The position numbers were made by a program, and so were the translations under genes. This document shows, one piece after another, positions 61,831 through 64,000 of a DNA stretch of 64,000 nucleotides. Below the pieces are notes generated by a model that saw only the letters and a program-made list of their open reading frames with translations, had not been told where the DNA came from and did no database searches. Positions within the stretch are counted from its first letter, which is position 1; every line of letters begins with the position of its first letter. Source of the stretch: Mycobacteriales bacterium (GTDB taxonomy: Bacteria > Actinomycetota > Actinomycetes > Mycobacteriales > Nakamurellaceae); the NCBI GenBank assembly GCA_038246445.1, contig JBBRVZ010000010.1, forward strand, positions 3,233 to 67,232, read 5' to 3'.

Positions 61831-62652
61831 TCAGCGCCGGCCGAGGGTGTACCGCACCTGCTGGTCGAAACCCATCCGGCCGTCGGCGTTCTGGCCGCGG
61901 GTGGCCTCCACCGCGGCGTAGGCGCGGGCTTGAACCTCATCGCGGTCCTCATCCGGCACCAGGCCCCAGAAAGCACGCTGACCGACGGACATGGTCCATC
62001 GACGCCAATGATCGGCACTCTCGAACCGCACCGGCACCACGGTCCGAACCGTCCGGACGTCGCGCAGTCCCGCCTCGGCGAACAGCGCTTCCATCCCGGC
62101 ATCGGAAGCGAACGGGCCCCTCCTGCCAGACGTACGGGCGTCATGCATATCCGGTGGCAGGTACGGGTTGAAGACCTCATCGACCGTCGTCCACCCAGGG
62201 GTGTAGGCGCCGAAGGTGGAAACGGCAACGCGGCCGCCCTCGACCAGCAGGTCTCGCCAGGCCCGAAGCGCGGTGGCGGGATCAGGCAGGAAGAACAACA
62301 CCAGCGAGGCGGTGATCGCATCGAACGACCCGGCCGGGAGGTCCGGCTGCTGGGCGTCCCCCAACAGCACTGTCGTTTCCAGACCGGCGCTTTCGGCCTC
62401 CATAGCGGTGGCGGCAACCATCCCGGGCGCAATATCCAGGCCGGTGGCGGTGCCCGTCGGGCCGACGGCGGCGGCCACTCGGAGCAGCACGGCGCCACGA
62501 CCGCAGCCGACATCGAGCACCCGGTCGCCGGCCGCCGGCGCCAGCTCCCGGACCAGACGTTCGGCGATGGGTTGCAGGTACTCGACGCCGACCCGGTCGT
62601 AGGTCTCGGCGACCGCGTCGAACAGGGCCCTGACTCGTTCCCGAGGATCCAT
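61831..62652 (-). CDS. Class I SAM-dependent methyltransferase
   Basis: ATG at 62652. The SAM motif is RVLDVGCGRGAV...GLDIAPGMV...DAITASLVLFFLPD. The upstream part of the long ORF 61831..63534 is antisense to the M20 gene. Confidence 0.8.
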   Translation of the reverse strand: MDPRERVRALFDAVAETYDRVGVEYLQPIAERLVRELAPAAGDRVLDVGCGRGAVLLRVAAAVGPTGTATGLDIAPGMVAATAMEAESAGLETTVLLGDAQQPDLPAGSFDAITASLVLFFLPDPATALRAWRDLLVEGGRVAVSTFGAYTPGWTTVDEVFNPYLPPDMHDARTSGRRGPFASDAGMEALFAEAGLRDVRTVRTVVPVRFESADHWRRWTMSVGQRAFWGLVPDEDRDEVQARAYAAVEATRGQNADGRMGFDQQVRYTLGRR

Positions 62653-62699
62653 CCGCTCAGAATGGCACTGCGGACGCTGCAGGCAACTGGCGACGGCCC

Positions 62700-64000
62700 T
62701 CAGCAGCTTCGCAGCAGCCGGTCCAGCACCCGGGTGCCGAAGGTCAGCGCGTCGACGGGGACCCGTTCGTCGACCCCGTGGAACAACGCCGAGAAGTCCA
62801 GGTCGGCCGGCAGGCGAAGCGGCGCGAAGCCGTAACCCGTGACACCCAGTCGGGCGAAGGCTTTGTTGTCCGTCCCACCCGAGAGCATGTAGGGCACCGC
62901 CGTCCCGTTCGGGTCTTCGGCCTGCAGCGCCGCCGTCATGGCGTCGACGAGGGCACCCTCGAACGGAAACTCCAGCGGCGGGTGCCAGGTCCAGTCGACC
63001 TGTATGTCGTCGCCGACGATGCGGGCGACCTCGTCGCGGAAGGTGTCCTCGGAGCCGGGCAGGACACGACAGTCCACGGTGGCCTGGGCGCTGGACGGGA
63101 TGACGTTCGCCTTGTAGCCGGCCTTGAGCATGGTCGGGTTGGCGGTGTTTCGCAGTGTTGCGTTCAGGATCCGGGACACCGGCCCGACCTTGCTCACGGC
63201 CGACTCGATGTCCTGCTCCGGGAATTCGAGGCCGGTCAGTCGGTTGATGGCGGCGAGCAGTGCGTCCGCGGTTGCGGTGTGGGTGATCGGGAACTCGTGC
63301 GCGGCGAGCCTGGCCACCGCCTGCGCAATGCGGCTGACGGCGTTGTCGTCGTTGATCATCGATCCATGCCCGGCACGCCCGGTGGCGGTGAGATGCGCCC
63401 AGGCGACGCCTTTCTCGGCTGCGGCCACGAGGTAGGCGCGGCGATCGTCGGCGATCGGAACGGAGAAGCCGCCGACCTCGGAAATCGCCTCGGTGGCGTC
63501 CTGGAACAGCTCGGCGTGATGATCGACCAGCCATTGCGCACCGAAGGTGCCGCCGGCCTCCTCGTCGGACATGAACGCGAAGATGAGGTCCCTCGGCGGC
63601 ACGTACCCGGAGCGCTTGAAGTCCCGGGCGACCGCCACTGTCATGGCGACCATGCCCTTCATGTCGACGGCACCGCGGCCCCAGACGTATCCGTCACGGA
63701 CGGCCCCGGAGAACGGGTCGACCGTCCATTCCGTGGCGTCTGCGGGTACCACGTCGACGTGGCCGTGGATCAGCAGCGCACCCCGGCTCGGATCCGCGCC
63801 GGCCAAACGTGCGATGACGTTGCCGCGCCCGGGAACCGACTCCAGGTAGGTGGTTTCGTAACCCACCTCTTCCAGCTTCTGCTGCAGGTAGCGTGCGGCG
63901 CGCGCTTCGCCGTCGCCGATCGTGTCCGGTTCCCCGGTGTTCACCGACTCGATTCCGATGAGCTCGCTGCAGAGCTGGACGACCTCCTGCTCGGCGGTCG
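62700..64000 (-). CDS. M20/M25/M40 family metallohydrolase (dipeptidase/DapE-like); N-terminus lies beyond the window end
   Basis: LIHGHVDVVPA...WGRGAVDMKG...SDEEAGG. The reading frame stays open through 63945-64000 (..AEQEVVQLCSELIGIESVNTGEPD..), so the gene is 5'-partial. Confidence 0.85.
   Translation of the reverse strand, partial: TAEQEVVQLCSELIGIESVNTGEPDTIGDGEARAARYLQQKLEEVGYETTYLESVPGRGNVIARLAGADPSRGALLIHGHVDVVPADATEWTVDPFSGAVRDGYVWGRGAVDMKGMVAMTVAVARDFKRSGYVPPRDLIFAFMSDEEAGGTFGAQWLVDHHAELFQDATEAISEVGGFSVPIADDRRAYLVAAAEKGVAWAHLTATGRAGHGSMINDDNAVSRIAQAVARLAAHEFPITHTATADALLAAINRLTGLEFPEQDIESAVSKVGPVSRILNATLRNTANPTMLKAGYKANVIPSSAQATVDCRVLPGSEDTFRDEVARIVGDDIQVDWTWHPPLEFPFEGALVDAMTAALQAEDPNGTAVPYMLSGGTDNKAFARLGVTGYGFAPLRLPADLDFSALFHGVDERVPVDALTFGTRVLDRLLRSC

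Overview
GC-rich (roughly 70% G+C by eye) actinobacterial chromosomal segment with about 62 protein-coding genes. I found no rRNA, tRNA, CRISPR array, transposase or integrase. From about 21 kb to 64 kb the window is conserved actinobacterial core: thyA-folA, rimO-pgsA-cinA-clgR, a short ArgA-like GNAT, rbpA, secG-tpiA-pgk-gap, whiA-yvcK-rapZ-uvrC, glgX-treY-treZ plus an FeS-type photolyase, metH-HAD-SRPBCC, PAC2, mshC, a kinase-like/DUF3090/phosphomutase cassette, uppP, an LLM oxidoreductase, an aldo-keto reductase, a RecD-like helicase, azlCD, a methyltransferase and an M20 peptidase. From 0 to 21 kb the content is less canonical: a ChlI-like AAA+ ATPase with a vWA partner, a 14-residue-repeat coiled-coil protein, a Cys-rich pentapeptide-repeat protein, a Na+/H+ antiporter fused to a UBP-type zinc finger, an HTH/Clp_N pair with duplicated palindromic operators, an orphan signal-less BtuF-like protein, and a UXS/GT2 pair. 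I see no clearly novel multi-gene system. The best leads for uncharacterised biology are: (1) the mshC/uppP-flanked cassette, which here carries an extra translationally coupled metzincin; (2) the AAA+/vWA module and its divergent repeat protein; (3) the antiporter-ZnF-UBP fusion; and (4) several structured or repetitive non-coding elements. The non-coding elements are 16-bp and 15-bp tandem arrays, dual TGTCA-N8-TGACA sites, and a 380-bp leader with cobalamin-riboswitch-like fragments. Three membrane-protein genes are disrupted (a fetB-like nonsense codon, and frameshifts in a Vps62-like gene and in azlC), while all long housekeeping ORFs are intact. All family assignments come from reading motifs by eye and from memory; no searches were run.
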